From: a virus
Lineage: Duplodnaviria; Caudoviricetes
IMG/VR virus record: IMGVR_UViG_3300028048_000123
Coordinates: 1-64,000 of that record
Length of the DNA stretch: 64,000 nt
Strand: one strand, 5' to 3'
The translations under genes were made by a program, and so were the position numbers. Within the stretch, counting starts at the first letter, position 1, and every line of letters starts with the position of its first letter. Positions 1 to 11,745 of this stretch are shown one piece after another. A model generated the notes under the pieces. The model had not been told where the DNA came from. It did not search any database and saw nothing but the letters and a program-made list of their open reading frames with translations.

Positions 1-444
1 GCTTAAAATTATTGAATAAAGATCAGCCGAACTATCGCCAGGGTCAGGTAAGTCTTCTTCAAAAACTAATGAATACACATAATTTTTATCATGTAAATAA
101 CCAACTGTTTCACTAGCTTTTGCAGTAGCTTTATAAAGCTGTCTTGTTGCACAATATTGCAAAGCCATATCATAGTTTGCAACTGTTATATGATTTTGTT
201 CAGCTCAACCTTCAGCTGTATATAGTACAGGACCCTTTGCAGCGTATCTTTGTGAAGTCTTCCCAACATATTTTACAAAATCTGCTTGTGTGTTAAGCTC
301 TAAAACCCCATTAATATCAGCAGCTGCATCATATACATTAATATTATCTGACTTAACAAAGCCTGGTACAACTACCGAAAAGTTAGCATATGCGGCTACG
401 CCTGTTGTAGAAAGATCATATTCATTTATTATTACATTAGGCAT
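1..444 (-). CDS. Tail sheath protein (gp18-like), N-terminal part, runs off window; 1 TGA read as Trp
   Basis: Start MPNVIINEYDLST resembles sheath N-termini; frame stays open past TGA 205-207 to the window edge; follows a gp15-like gene as in T4. Confidence 0.6.
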
Positions 445-494
445 TTTTCTCTTTTTCTCCTTAAAATTTGATAGGTATTAACCTAAATATCAAT

Positions 495-504
495 TAATTT
501 AGCA
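495..504 (-). promoter_or_regulatory. Candidate late promoter TGCTAAATTA (sheath)
   Basis: Recurrent intergenic motif 50 nt before the ATG. Confidence 0.7.
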
Positions 505-522
505 AATGATTTGCTTTAATTA

Positions 523-1272
523 TTACTTTTTTGTCTGTATAATTTCTATGTCTTCAATTTCACCTGATTCAGTGATTTTATTACTAATTTCAATGCCACC
601 TTCAGTCTTACTTAGTAGCTCTAGCTCTGCTTCTGTAAAGACAGTATCATCATCAATAAACATTCTTCAATTTTTTCTATATGGAATGCTAAATAAGAAG
701 CCATCTTGAAGCTCAATAGATATTGTTCATCTAGTAAATTGACCTGTAAATAAACGCTCTGAAATATCACTTGTGTCAGATACAGTGCTTAGCACTCTAA
801 GGTTGGCTGTATGTTGTATAGCAAGATTATTATAAGGTATTTCAATGATTATCTTAGGATTATTTATTAGTTTAAATAAAAAATTTCTAAGATATTCATC
901 GCCCTCATCATAAGTTTTAGTATAAATATCTAGCTTATACTCAACTGTAACTGGAATAACATTCATTTGTATAGTATATTCTGCTTGCTTAGTGCTAATT
1001 GGATCAAGTAATCTACCATTTTTAGCATCAGCTAAACCTATCTTTAGCCCATCATATGACCTAGGTGTTTTAATATTTAAGTCAATATTAAAATCAGTAT
1101 TTCTAGATAGAGCAATAATAGGTAAGTTAGCAGGCTTATCACCAGAATCATCAGCTTTTGTTTCAAATAAACGCTTGCTTTCGTCTGGTTTTAACACTCT
1201 TAACTTAGACCCTTCTGGTATTCATTTTTTTAGTTTTGCAACTATAATGTCGTCATAATATCTAAAAGCCAT
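523..1272 (-). CDS. Tail completion/sheath stabiliser (gp15-like), 249 aa; 3 TGA-Trp
   Basis: ATG 1272 overlaps the upstream TAA; TGA at 1222, 727, 667; ends TAA 523. VIPVTVEYKLDIYTKTYDEGDEYL resembles the gp15 core; lies directly before the sheath. Confidence 0.55.
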
Positions 1273-1619
1273 TAATTATAATTCCTTTTATTTAGAGCAG
1301 TAAGTGCATTTATAAGTATCTTACTACCAAATAGTTTACTATTACCATATGTTATTAAGCTAGCTACTTTGTCAGATGCACTATCATGAAAGCTTATAAT
1401 TATATGGTCATTAGCATCCGTATTAAAATCTAGCTTATCAAGTAGTCTTAAACACATTAACTTTAAGCTTGTTTTATAGTTAGCTATAAGATAATTATTT
1501 AAGTCTATTTCAGGCTTACCAACTTTATATTTTAAAATATAAAATCTAGCAGCTCTGTATGCTGAGTCCTTTAATATATTTATATTAAAACCTGTACTAT
1601 TATCAACAATAAAAAACAT
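1272..1619 (-). CDS. Hypothetical protein in neck/tail cluster, 115 aa
   Basis: Intact ORF tightly coupled to its neighbours. Confidence 0.7.
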   Translation of the reverse strand: MFFIVDNSTGFNINILKDSAYRAARFYILKYKVGKPEIDLNNYLIANYKTSLKLMCLRLLDKLDFNTDANDHIIISFHDSASDKVASLITYGNSKLFGSKILINALTALNKRNYN

Positions 1620-1630
1620 ATAATCTATAT

Positions 1631-3496
1631 TTATTGTGCAGTTGTATTAGCTGCTGCAGCTTGGTTAGGCTCAGTTGAAGCCTGTTGAGCTTCTACTCTA
1701 ACCAAATCATTTTCAAAAAGCTTTGCAACAGCATCGCAGAATTGCTTAATGTTACTACTATTAAATGTAAATTTTGCAAGCTTCTTACTCATATTTATGC
1801 TTGATTTAGCATCTGCAGGTATAGATGTTTTGTCAGCTTTAAGCTTATCAAAGATTTCATCTGAATTAAATGAAACATCATTATCTAGAACTTTCATAAT
1901 TGCTGTTGTAATAGCTAACATAGCTTCACTTGGTGTTTTTAGGTTCAAGTCATTAATATCTTGATCAGTAAACGAGCTCTTTTTATTTTTATTTATACTT
2001 TCTGCACTAGTAGCTTTTTTAGCTTTTTCAAATGCTTCTGCACCAAATTCATTTGCAAGTGTTTGTTCTATTAGTGTAGGTGAATTCATTTTATTACCCC
2101 AAACAGTTGCTTGTGTGTTAGTGATATCTGAACCAGTAAATAGTTCTATTATAAAGCTACTCCATCTTTGTTCACCAAAGCGTTGTGCATCTCTGTCATT
2201 TCAGCACTTAGCGGCTGATGCTTGCAACTCTAAATATCTAGTGCATTCATTTGAGCTAAAGCTATAAAAAGCATTGCTAAATATAATATTATTTTTTGTG
2301 CCAGAGCCATTTGAGCTATTATCAGCTTCTAGCTCATCAGGAGCTACTTTTAATGTATTTACCTTGACAAGCGATCCAACATGCTCAGATATAGCTCTAT
2401 AACCACCATAGCTTATTTGTAGCTTTCCAATATAATTGCGTAAAAATGTTATAAATGGGTTAGTTGCAGCGCTGTATCCATATTTATTGCATTGTTCAAT
2501 AATTATTGGTTTAATAGCTCCAATATATTGTTCTTGCTTTGCTCATTCTACTTTAAAATAAAGATTTATAACATCTTTTAAAGTTAGGGAGCTATTAGCA
2601 TAATAGCCAAATGCCGTTAGCTGTTGTATTTCTTCACTTGTAGCAACTTTACCTAATATAATAGAGTCTTCTTTAGCAGCTGCTGCTATAAGCTTATGCC
2701 AATCAACCTTAAAACGAGATTTAGCTGCTGTTGCTTTTTGAGCAGCATCGGCATCGCCTAATATATTTGTTAGTTGTCTTGCAAAGTCATTTAAACCAGT
2801 TATTAGCTTCTTAGCGCCTTCTCTAAGTAAATCAACACCTGACTTATTTAATATGTCATTAATAGAAGTTAATAATTCATTTATTTTATTATTAGCATCT
2901 TGTATAGTTTTGCTTTCAATATTACGTGGGTTATCTTTTGCTAAGCTGTCTACTTTACTTGCTGCAGAAACTACTGCATCTTTTGCTTTTAGTATGTTAT
3001 TTTTAGTAGCCTCAGTAATTAGCAAGCTCTTAAGCTTATCACCTTCAAGTATACCTCAGAAATTTTCTATGCCAATAGGTGTTATTCCTTGTTCTAGCTT
3101 TTCATATACGCCTGGAGCAACTCTTTTAAATGCAGTGACACCTATAATTGTATCAGCAAAATCTTTAAGTAAGCTACTAGCATTGTTTATTATACCGCCA
3201 GCAATATCTCTTGTTGTATTAGCTCTTTGTGTATGTGATTCACTATCATAGCGTTTTTTAATATTTGCAAACTTTTTAGCAAAGTCATTGATTTGATTAT
3301 TACGTTCAGTTATCTTTGCAATATAATCGTCTATTGCTTTATATAGCTTATCTAATATGCTTTTTGTGCTTGCCCATGAAAGTGGCTTACCAGCAGTATC
3401 ACCATCAGCTTCAAGCAAAACAAATCTTGCTTTAGATTCATCTAATATAAACTTTTCATTTAGTTCAAACATATTAGTCATCTTCCTCGTTATCAA
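1631..3496 (-). CDS. Hypothetical virion protein, about 621 aa; 3 TGA-Trp
   Basis: ORF fragments 3056..3496, 2543..3025 and 1631..2089 are in one frame joined only by TGA codons; true stop TAA 1631. Confidence 0.7.
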
Positions 3497-3983
3497 TAAG
3501 CATTGTAAAGTTTTCTTGCTTGAAGTCTTTTGTCAAGTTAGGTTCATCTCTATCAAAGTATTCAGGAGCAATAGCACAAGTAATAGCATAAGGATATACC
3601 ATTATTGTTTGCATGCTAATTACACGGAATACCCTTCCTTCAGCATTATCTATACCACTTGGCACAATAAATAGAGCACCTACTTGAATATCAGCCAAGT
3701 CATAAGGCACTTCTATTAGTATTTGATCCTCTTGAAGCTCTGCTACTCAGCCCATCTTTTTCATAGTCTTTTGGTCTGGATGTTCATGGAAGATCGTATT
3801 TACTACAATGCCTGGTTGGTAGTTAGCTTCTAAGTCACCATGCGTATCAAAGGTTTTTCCAGGAATAGGAGCTCGATAAATACACTTAATACCATGTAAT
3901 TTTGCAAACTCTTTAAAATGTTTTCTATGAAGCTTAATATCTTTATTAAGCAGTATTCCGTACTTATCGAATTCTTGTTCCAT
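3474..3983 (-). CDS. Putative head completion/neck protein (gp14-like), 169 aa; 1 TGA-Trp
   Basis: Fragments 3747..3983 and 3474..3710 join via TGA (KKMG-W-VAEL); position between gp13-like and gp15-like genes. Confidence 0.45.
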
Positions 3984-3992
3984 TATATATTA

Positions 3993-6900
3993 TTATTTAA
4001 TTAATCCTTCAACTAATGTTTCACCAATGTGATAGTTATATGAGAAGCTTTCTGCCATCATAGGCGCATCTTTGCATCCTTTACAGTTTAGCACAAATAC
4101 ACCGTCATCAGCTAAGTCATTATTTATACCCTTAAGTTCAATAATAACAGCATCTGGTGTTTCATCACACACACATTCATTGAAAATATATCTTGTTGCT
4201 TTTTGTTTTCCAGACTTAAAGTTAATTGTTCCTTCAACTACTAAATCTTTTTCTTCATTAATAGCTTTAGAATTTAACTTAAAGTTTTCTACATTTGAAT
4301 AAACTTCTTGTAAAGATTTATTTAAGCATTCTTCAATAGAAGCATCATCAATATCACCTAGTAGAGCAACTACTTCTTCATCATCCTCTGTAGCTTCTTC
4401 TTCAGCCTCAGCTTTAATTTCACCATCTTCAACTTCAGCTTCATTTTCTTCAACTTCAGCTTCCTCAGTAGGAGTCTCATCAGCTTTTTCTTCAACTGCT
4501 TTTTCAACAGCGCTATCAGCATAGTCGTTGGCTCTATCTAATATTTCACCATCAGCTTCAGTTTTTCCTGTTTCAATTTCTGTTGTCATATGAGCAACTT
4601 CAGTAGCAACTGTTTCTGCAATATCTTTTACTTCTTCAGTTGTGAATGTAGCATTATCTGCTTCAGCATTTTCTTTAGCTTCTATATTAGCTTTATCTTC
4701 AGCTGTTTCTTCTTCAGCAGGTGTTTCTTCTACTTCTACTACTTCTGCTTCTTCTTGGGCTTCTGGTGCGTCCTCAGCAGCATCTTCTTCAGCAGCTTCA
4801 TCTTCTTCAGCTTCTTGTAAAGGTTTCTTATCGCATTCTTTTAATGGTTTATTTTCACATTCACTATTTTTGCAAGCTTCTGTCATTTTATTTAACTGTT
4901 CTAAATATTGTTCAACTTCTTCTTCTGAAATAGGCGTTTTAAATTCATCACTATTCATTAGCTTATCAATATTGCTAGCTGTTAATTCAGGTAGTGTATC
5001 ATCAGCTGCTTCATTTAGGCTTTCTTCAACTGGTTCTTCAGCTAAACCTAAGTCAGCTAATACTTTATCACCATCAAACCATAGCATATCATTAATTTGT
5101 GTTAATGTTAATCCACCATCTGGATAAAGCTCATTTAGATAGTCTTCAAAAGCTTCAATTTTATCAGCTTCCTTAATCTTTTCCCAAGTATCTACAGCTC
5201 CTTGCCAAGGCTCATAGGCATCAGCTAAATCTACTTCAACTTCAATACCTTCATTAAGTGTTAGGTTTTCAGATTTATTTTCTGTGGCAAGCTCAGAATT
5301 CTTAGCAGCTTCTTTTTGGAATTCAGAGTTATTTAAGCTTTCATCTTTAGTCTTAACGTTTACTATTGCTGTATCTAGTATTTTGTATTTATCTGGGTCA
5401 AAGCTTGCAGATTGCTTACAGTTATCTAAAAACTTTTCACATTCTTCTTTTGTGCCGACATATATTTGTGTTCCAGCACAAGTTACTGAGCATAATTGGT
5501 CTGTTTCTTTTTCAACTACTGCCTCTTTTAAGCTTTCATCAATATAATTATAAGCTATTTTATCTAGAATTTTTTCCTGAGCTTCATTAGTAATTTCTAA
5601 TTCTTCACCAGTACCAATAATATCTTGACCATCAAGTAAAATATCAGCATCAGCTTTAGAAATGTAAGAAATTAAACAACCATCTTCTTCCTCATAGCCA
5701 TAGTGTGAAGTTTCTTTAGCTAATTTTCTATAAGCCTTTTTAGCATCTTTTAATGAATTGCCAAGATAGTTAATAAGGACTATACCATCTTTATTAAAGG
5801 ATGTAATATAAAGTTTTTCTTCATCAATAGCTTCTTTTAAGCTTTCATTAGTTTTAGTATCTAGTACTACATCATCATCTTCAGTAGCACCTAGCTTCCA
5901 TAAAGTAATTCCTGAGCAATCAGAATCTAATTCATCAAAGTCAGCTAATGCTTGTGCATAGTCTGCTCTAGCTTTCTTTTCATCTGTATAATAGAAAGCT
6001 TCAATTCCACCATACTCAACACAGAAACCTGGTCTATAATTAGTATCATCTACATCATTACTGCTTGCACCTTGTTCGATAGCTTCTTTTACTACAGTTT
6101 TAGCAGTATTTAAAAGTTTGTATCCTTCAGGTCTTGCTTTATAAGCAGCTGTATTTTTTAAGTTATTAAAAAACTTTTCACATTCTTCTTTAGTGCCAGA
6201 ATAAATTTGCTTACCATCTCTAGTTATTGAGCACAATTGGTCTGTCTCTTTTTCAACTACTGATTCTTTTAAACTCTCATCCATATCTTCAGCAAAGCTT
6301 ACATCTAAATATTCGTACTCAATGTCAGCTTTTGTCATATAGCTATCAAATAATTCAAATGCGCTAAAACTTGGTTCTTCTGAGGTATTATCTGCAACAT
6401 CATCTACTGTATCACAAGCCTTCTTAGCAAGTCTTCTTACTTCAGCTTCATCTTTTGCGTCACAAATAATAACCATATCCTCATCTATTAAATTATCAAG
6501 GTCATTACTATCTAGCATAACTGGCTCTGTAATTTTAAAGCTTTCTTTTAAGCTTTCATTAGTTTCTTCTTTTTCTTCCTCTTCTTCAGCTGGAAGTTCT
6601 GGTAGTTCTGGAAGCTCTTCTGTATTTTCTTCAGCAGGAGCTTCTTCTTGAGCTGGCTCTTCAGTAGGTTGTTCTTGGCCTGCATCAGCTTCTTCCTTAG
6701 CATCTAAGATGTCATCTACTTCATCAGTGTCATACTTATCAGCTTCATCTTCACCAACCTTAGCTACCTTACCAACTAATGTATAGCCAGAAGTATTTCC
6801 GCAGTGTTGACAAACCTCATTAATATTTACAACATCTGGATTTTCTTCAGAATACTCAATATCTTCTGGATTCTTATAGAATAATGTCATACATTGTGGA

Positions 6901-7220
6901 CATTGCATAATCATCTTGCCTTCGTAAGAAGGAAGTATATCTTCTTCTGTTTCAGCATCTAAATCAACAATCTTTTCGATTCTTGCCAATTTAGCTTTAG
7001 CTACTTCTGCCTCTCTTTCTTCTTTAGCTGCATCGACATCTTCGCCACTATTTAGATCATAGTATTCTTCAAACAATATATCTGTTTGAGGCGCTATTCT
7101 CATTGATTCCTTTAAGTTAACTCTATTAGGTATAATACCGCCAGATACCTTAGGAACATCGATTTCGTCCAAAGCTTTAAAAGCGGCTTCCATATTAAAT
7201 TTGCTAACAGGCTCTTTCAT
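3993..7220 (-). CDS. Very acidic 1075-aa putative internal head protein with CxxC...CxxC motif and internal repeats
   Basis: Intact ORF; CPQC and CQHC; many ESLKE/ESLNE motifs; duplicated VVEKETDQLCS...GTKEECEKF module. Confidence 0.6.
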   Translation of the reverse strand: MKEPVSKFNMEAAFKALDEIDVPKVSGGIIPNRVNLKESMRIAPQTDILFEEYYDLNSGEDVDAAKEEREAEVAKAKLARIEKIVDLDAETEEDILPSYEGKMIMQCPQCMTLFYKNPEDIEYSEENPDVVNINEVCQHCGNTSGYTLVGKVAKVGEDEADKYDTDEVDDILDAKEEADAGQEQPTEEPAQEEAPAEENTEELPELPELPAEEEEEKEETNESLKESFKITEPVMLDSNDLDNLIDEDMVIICDAKDEAEVRRLAKKACDTVDDVADNTSEEPSFSAFELFDSYMTKADIEYEYLDVSFAEDMDESLKESVVEKETDQLCSITRDGKQIYSGTKEECEKFFNNLKNTAAYKARPEGYKLLNTAKTVVKEAIEQGASSNDVDDTNYRPGFCVEYGGIEAFYYTDEKKARADYAQALADFDELDSDCSGITLWKLGATEDDDVVLDTKTNESLKEAIDEEKLYITSFNKDGIVLINYLGNSLKDAKKAYRKLAKETSHYGYEEEDGCLISYISKADADILLDGQDIIGTGEELEITNEAQEKILDKIAYNYIDESLKEAVVEKETDQLCSVTCAGTQIYVGTKEECEKFLDNCKQSASFDPDKYKILDTAIVNVKTKDESLNNSEFQKEAAKNSELATENKSENLTLNEGIEVEVDLADAYEPWQGAVDTWEKIKEADKIEAFEDYLNELYPDGGLTLTQINDMLWFDGDKVLADLGLAEEPVEESLNEAADDTLPELTASNIDKLMNSDEFKTPISEEEVEQYLEQLNKMTEACKNSECENKPLKECDKKPLQEAEEDEAAEEDAAEDAPEAQEEAEVVEVEETPAEEETAEDKANIEAKENAEADNATFTTEEVKDIAETVATEVAHMTTEIETGKTEADGEILDRANDYADSAVEKAVEEKADETPTEEAEVEENEAEVEDGEIKAEAEEEATEDDEEVVALLGDIDDASIEECLNKSLQEVYSNVENFKLNSKAINEEKDLVVEGTINFKSGKQKATRYIFNECVCDETPDAVIIELKGINNDLADDGVFVLNCKGCKDAPMMAESFSYNYHIGETLVEGLIK
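5430..6280 (-). repeat. Intragenic direct repeat (two diverged copies of about 110 bp, near 5430-5540 and 6175-6280)
   Basis: ESLKESVVEKETDQLCSITRDGKQIYSGTKEECEKF versus ESLKEAVVEKETDQLCSVTCAGTQIYVGTKEECEKF. Confidence 0.85.
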
Positions 7221-7257
7221 TTTATTTCTCCTTATTTAATAAGTTTTATTTTTATTT

Positions 7258-7980
7258 TTAGTAACTTCCTGAACTTATAGGTCCAATTAAGTTAGAATTA
7301 TCTCTTAGTCTTTCTCTTAGCTCTTTTAGCTCTTCATTTCCTTCAGCAAGAAGTGTATCACCATCTTGCTCCCATTGAGCTCCTGAATGTTTAAATCTTG
7401 ATCTGATTCGACCTTCCCAAATCTTAGCTGTTGCAACACACATTCTTGTTATAATGTCAATCCAGTAATCGCTTTCTACATCTTCAATAGTCGGTATTCT
7501 TGGTATATACTCAATAGTTACCATTCCAGGATTTGCCATATAGTTATTGATATATAACTTCTTTTCATGTGTATCTTCTACAAAAGACATATCTGTTGAA
7601 AGTGTATTTCTTATTTGATTTAATGTGCTCCAAGAAGCATAATTTAAGATATACTCACTTAGGTTATACATAGTTCCGCCAGAGCTAAATAATAACCATT
7701 GTTGAGCATAAGCAGGGTCTAATAAATCAGTGCCACCAGTAGAAGACCCAACAGCAGCTGTTCTATATACTTTAACAACTGAACTGCAATTAAAATCCTT
7801 TAAGTCAATGCACTTAGCAAAAGGCACCGTGATAAACTTAGATTCATCCCAATAGCGGCCAACTTCTCTTAGCACTTGATTTACAATAGCTTTATATTGA
7901 GCATCTTCTAAATCGCTTTCAAGAACACCACCACCGGTAATTGCATTACGAGTTTCTTCTATTAAATCTTGTAGCTCCAT
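7258..7980 (-). CDS. Neck/head-tail adaptor (gp13-like), 240 aa
   Basis: C-terminal DGDTLLAEGNEELKELRERL matches the gp13-type ending; T4-like synteny. Confidence 0.65.
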   Translation of the reverse strand: MELQDLIEETRNAITGGGVLESDLEDAQYKAIVNQVLREVGRYWDESKFITVPFAKCIDLKDFNCSSVVKVYRTAAVGSSTGGTDLLDPAYAQQWLLFSSGGTMYNLSEYILNYASWSTLNQIRNTLSTDMSFVEDTHEKKLYINNYMANPGMVTIEYIPRIPTIEDVESDYWIDIITRMCVATAKIWEGRIRSRFKHSGAQWEQDGDTLLAEGNEELKELRERLRDNSNLIGPISSGSY

Positions 7981-8033
7981 TACTTTTCCTCTTATATTTT
8001 ATATAAGTCTGTGTTATACACAAACCAGCTAAT

Positions 8034-8043
8034 TAATTTAGCA
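8034..8043 (-). promoter_or_regulatory. Candidate late promoter (neck operon)
   Basis: TGCTAAATTA before the gp13-like gene. Confidence 0.7.
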
Positions 8044-8063
8044 GAAAATGCAGCTAAACAAAT

Positions 8064-8090
8064 AAAAAATAAAGCAACTTACGCTGCTTT
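8064..8090 (-). terminator. Intrinsic terminator after the glycosyltransferase operon
   Basis: aaagca/tgcttt stem with a U-tract on the minus strand. Confidence 0.55.
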
Positions 8091-8220
8091 ACTAAAATAT
8101 AGCCTGTATTTAGTTTTATTTTAAGTTATTAACATTTGGTATAACCATATGTAAATTGTAAGCTTCATTAAACTCTATTATAGTGTCAGCTATACTTGTA
8201 ACTCATTCTTTGAAGCCCAC

Positions 8221-8964
8221 TTAGGCTTTTGGCAACTCTACTCTACTATAGAAAGGTCAGTCAGTCCTGTTTCTTGTAGTAAAATGTCATACTTTAATAG
8301 ATGGGTCAGCTCACATATAGCCACAGTTCTCTAAGTGGTTCATAGCTCCGTAGTGATAGTCTAAGTGAAGCTCAGGGTGCTTGTTCCAGTCCTTATATCA
8401 AAAGTTAAGCACACTCTGGTCATGCCAAGAAACCTTAGGGTCTAGGTCATCTAAGTATCTAACTAAGTTATGTCCTAAGTGTGGGTTCTCTTTAAAGTCC
8501 CAAACAAACATACCTGTGCAGAAAACAGAAGCTCCTAAAGTGTATTCAGTAATAAGTGGTCTTGGCGAAATATTAACCACAGCTGTCATATGTGGCATAT
8601 CCATAACTTCATCTATGTTTTGCTTAATCCATTGGTCAGTATCTAAGTAGACTATTTTATCAAACTTCTCTTCAACTTGTGTATCAAGCAATGATAGCTT
8701 AGGAAAAGCACTTTTATATCAAGCTGTTAGTCCGCTGCTATTAGTATATTTAGAAGTTCTTGTAGATAATACAAAATCAGTATCAAGTTCTAATATATTA
8801 ATGCCAACTGCTTTTAAAATATTTCTAGTATTTGAATTCACTTCTTTTGTTATAGCACAGTATATTGGATATTTTGTTTTTGTATCCAATAGATTTTTAT
8901 ATGCACCTAAAAGCATATAGACATAATAGTCATTAGAGCTTAAGAAAAACATTCAAGCTTTCAT
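8221..8964 (-). CDS. Glycosyltransferase family 8, 247 aa; 6 TGA-Trp
   Basis: FPKLSLL, FDKIVYLDTD (DxD), DQSVLN and VWHF are GT8 motifs; open only if TGA is read through; TAA at 8221. Confidence 0.8.
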
Positions 8965-8967
8965 AGT

Positions 8968-9843
8968 TTAAAAATATAAATAATTAGTTTTATGGGCGTT
9001 CGTAACTTGAATCCCAATTCTAGGAACAGGTTTTTTAGCAACTAAATCACTTGTTTTTGGTGGCAATGGTCTAGGATTAACCTTTACTTCTGGTATGCTT
9101 CTTTGATAGCTGTCCATAAACTTATGAATATCAGCAGGCACTTCACCATTCTCTTTTATATATCTTAGAATAGCATTTGTATTGCTTATTAAGTGATTTG
9201 TTCTAAGGCCAGGTTGTTTAGCTCATGTAGAAGGCACTGGCTCATTTCTGTTCAAAAATTGTACATGAGTTATAGTCTCTGGTGGAATAAATTCGCAAGC
9301 TGCAAATTTTACATGCAAATAGTAAGCATAAACATGGTCTTCAAAAGCTTCATTCTTTTGTGGATCTACATCAATGTATGGTGCTTTTTCAAATACGTAC
9401 TTAGAAATTGCACATAAATTTAGCTGTGCAGCTTTGTAGTCATCAAAAGTGCAGTTCTTAATTCCTGAGTGAATAAAACAGAAGCCATTTGGATGGTCGT
9501 CTATGGCCTTCATATAATCTTCAGCAGCTGTTTCTGCAGAGCATTCTATAATAGCATCATCATCAAGTGTTATTATGTAGTCATAGTCAAGATTTAAAAA
9601 CTCATCCCTTAAAGCTTTTCTTGCGCCTAAAATTCCAAGTGGATTATATCTTTTAACTATTATTTTATTGCTTACTTTTGGCACTTTTAGTCTACCTCAG
9701 TTTTGAGCTATTATTAAAATATCTATAGTAGGTCATAGCTCATTAAGTTGCTTAATAAGTCTATCTAATCTTGCTTTTCTTTCTTTCCTAGCTTGCTCAT
9801 CATCTGGAAGCCAGCTAATGATTCCAAAACATTTCTTTAACAT
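8968..9843 (-). CDS. GT-A fold glycosyltransferase-like protein, 291 aa; 3 TGA-Trp
   Basis: SD AGAGG plus ATG 9843; ILGARKALR...YIITLDDD resembles the GT-A nucleotide-binding region; ends TAA 8968. Confidence 0.6.
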
Positions 9844-9852
9844 TATATTCCT

Positions 9853-11745
9853 CTAAAAGTATAAAAAGTAATTTGATTTATGTGCATTATGTGTTTCAAT
9901 CCTTATAGCAGGCTTTGGCACTATATGTGGTGTGCTTAAATTTCTTTTCTTAGGCGTCGATAAAGCAAAGCTTGCCTGTGTATTAGCATAAGAATCAGCT
10001 AGTTTATTTGAGTTAGCAGTAATGAGCTCAGGGCAGTCTGTTAGCTCATACTTTGATTTGTTATTAAACTTATTATAAAAATATGTTCTTATTTGAGTAT
10101 TACTGTATAAGTCTATATTAGGATCTGTATCATTTAAACATACATAATCTTTTTTAAGAGCTTGTTCTATAGTTCTAGCGCTGGATGTACTACATAAGTA
10201 GCCTTGTTTTAAAGTTGAAGCCAATTCATGACCACACTTTCTAGTATATAGATTATATAAAAAGCATGTTAAGTTTTTATTGCTTCTGAATTGAGTAATA
10301 CTAGCTAGAATTTGTTTTTTATATTTGGTAAAGCACTCAATCATATCTGGCTTATAATAAGGCCTAAATTCATGGTCATATCGTAGATAGTCTGATGTAG
10401 TAGCTCCTATTATAAGCTTATAATTATTATAGCACATCATTCTTCACATATCTTTAACAGATGCATTTACTGATTCTGTTACAGTATTTATTTTACAAAG
10501 GTTGTCCTGATAAAAATTTCCAGGTGTTGTCTTATTTAACATGTAAAAGTCATCATTTGCATATATAAATCGGTTTGATAGCCCTGGAATATTTCATAAA
10601 AACATTTCTATAGTCCCACTATTAAAAGTAGGTAAATGTTCTTGTGGAATAAATTGGTCATGTGTAATTACTCTTACTTTTGTTTGGTCTAATCATTTTG
10701 GTACTTGAGATTTACTAGCAACTAATAAAAAAATATTGTTTATAAATGGCATATTTTTTTCTATACTTCTAAAGAAATATCTAAAAAAGTTAGCCTGACC
10801 CCTAAATCTATTTAAGTCATTAACTTCTAAGCTTTTATACTTAGGTGAATATTGTTTAAATAACTCTTGTCAACTATTATCAGTGCAGTCTACATAAGGC
10901 ACTACTAAATCTATATAAGCATATTGTGGAAAAAATTCATTGTATTCTTCAGTACATAAATTATGAATAAATTGACTCTGACTTGTATTAGCTATTATAA
11001 TATTCTTTAAGTATTTATATGAGTCTAAGCTTTTAAGCTTTTCAAGAAGATCATGTACGGCAGTAAGATAGGCTAATGCTCGCTCTTTTGTCATGCTACT
11101 TTTACCAGAAAGTGTATTAACATCACGTTTAAAATAGTTATATAAATACTTATTTAACATATATAAGTTCTTATGTTTAGCAAAAAGCTCAAAAGAAAAT
11201 AAGCTATCCTCTCTATATGGACATTTTGTAAAGCATATTTTATATTTATCCAGTATCTTACGATTATATAAGGCACAGGTAGTATATCCGGCATCATGTA
11301 AATTATCCGACCATAATTTCATATCTTCTGGTTTAAATAGGCCTTCTGCAACAGGCCAATATGATTTTATATTGCCATCAATATCAACTATTTTCATAGC
11401 ACATCTAACTGCGCCATATTTTTGAGCATATGGCAATAAAGTAGTGCAAAAATCAGGCTCTATTGTATCATCTGAATCAATGAAGGCTACATAAGCTCCA
11501 TTAGCATTATCTAATCCAGTATTTCTAGCAAAGCCTAGTCCTTCATTTTTAGGTTTTTTAACATATTTAAAACGGTTGTCTTTTTTGCAGTACTCAGCAC
11601 AAATCTTAGCACTGTTATCAGGTGAGCAGTCATCAACTAAAATACATTCTCAGTTTGTATACTGCTGTGCTCTAATTGAATCTAAGCATTTTTTTAAATA
11701 CGGCTCAACATTATATATTGGCACTATAATACTAATTAATTCCAT
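9853..11745 (-). CDS. GT2 glycosyltransferase fused to Stealth-family sugar-1-phosphate transferase, 630 aa; 5 TGA-Trp
   Basis: GT2: SIIVPIYNVEPYL, TN-W-ECILVDDCSPD, FIDSDD. Stealth: IDLVVPYVDCTDNS-W (CR1), RSIEKNMPF...LPTFNS...IYANDDFY (CR2), VCLND (CR4). One frame throughout. Confidence 0.85.
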
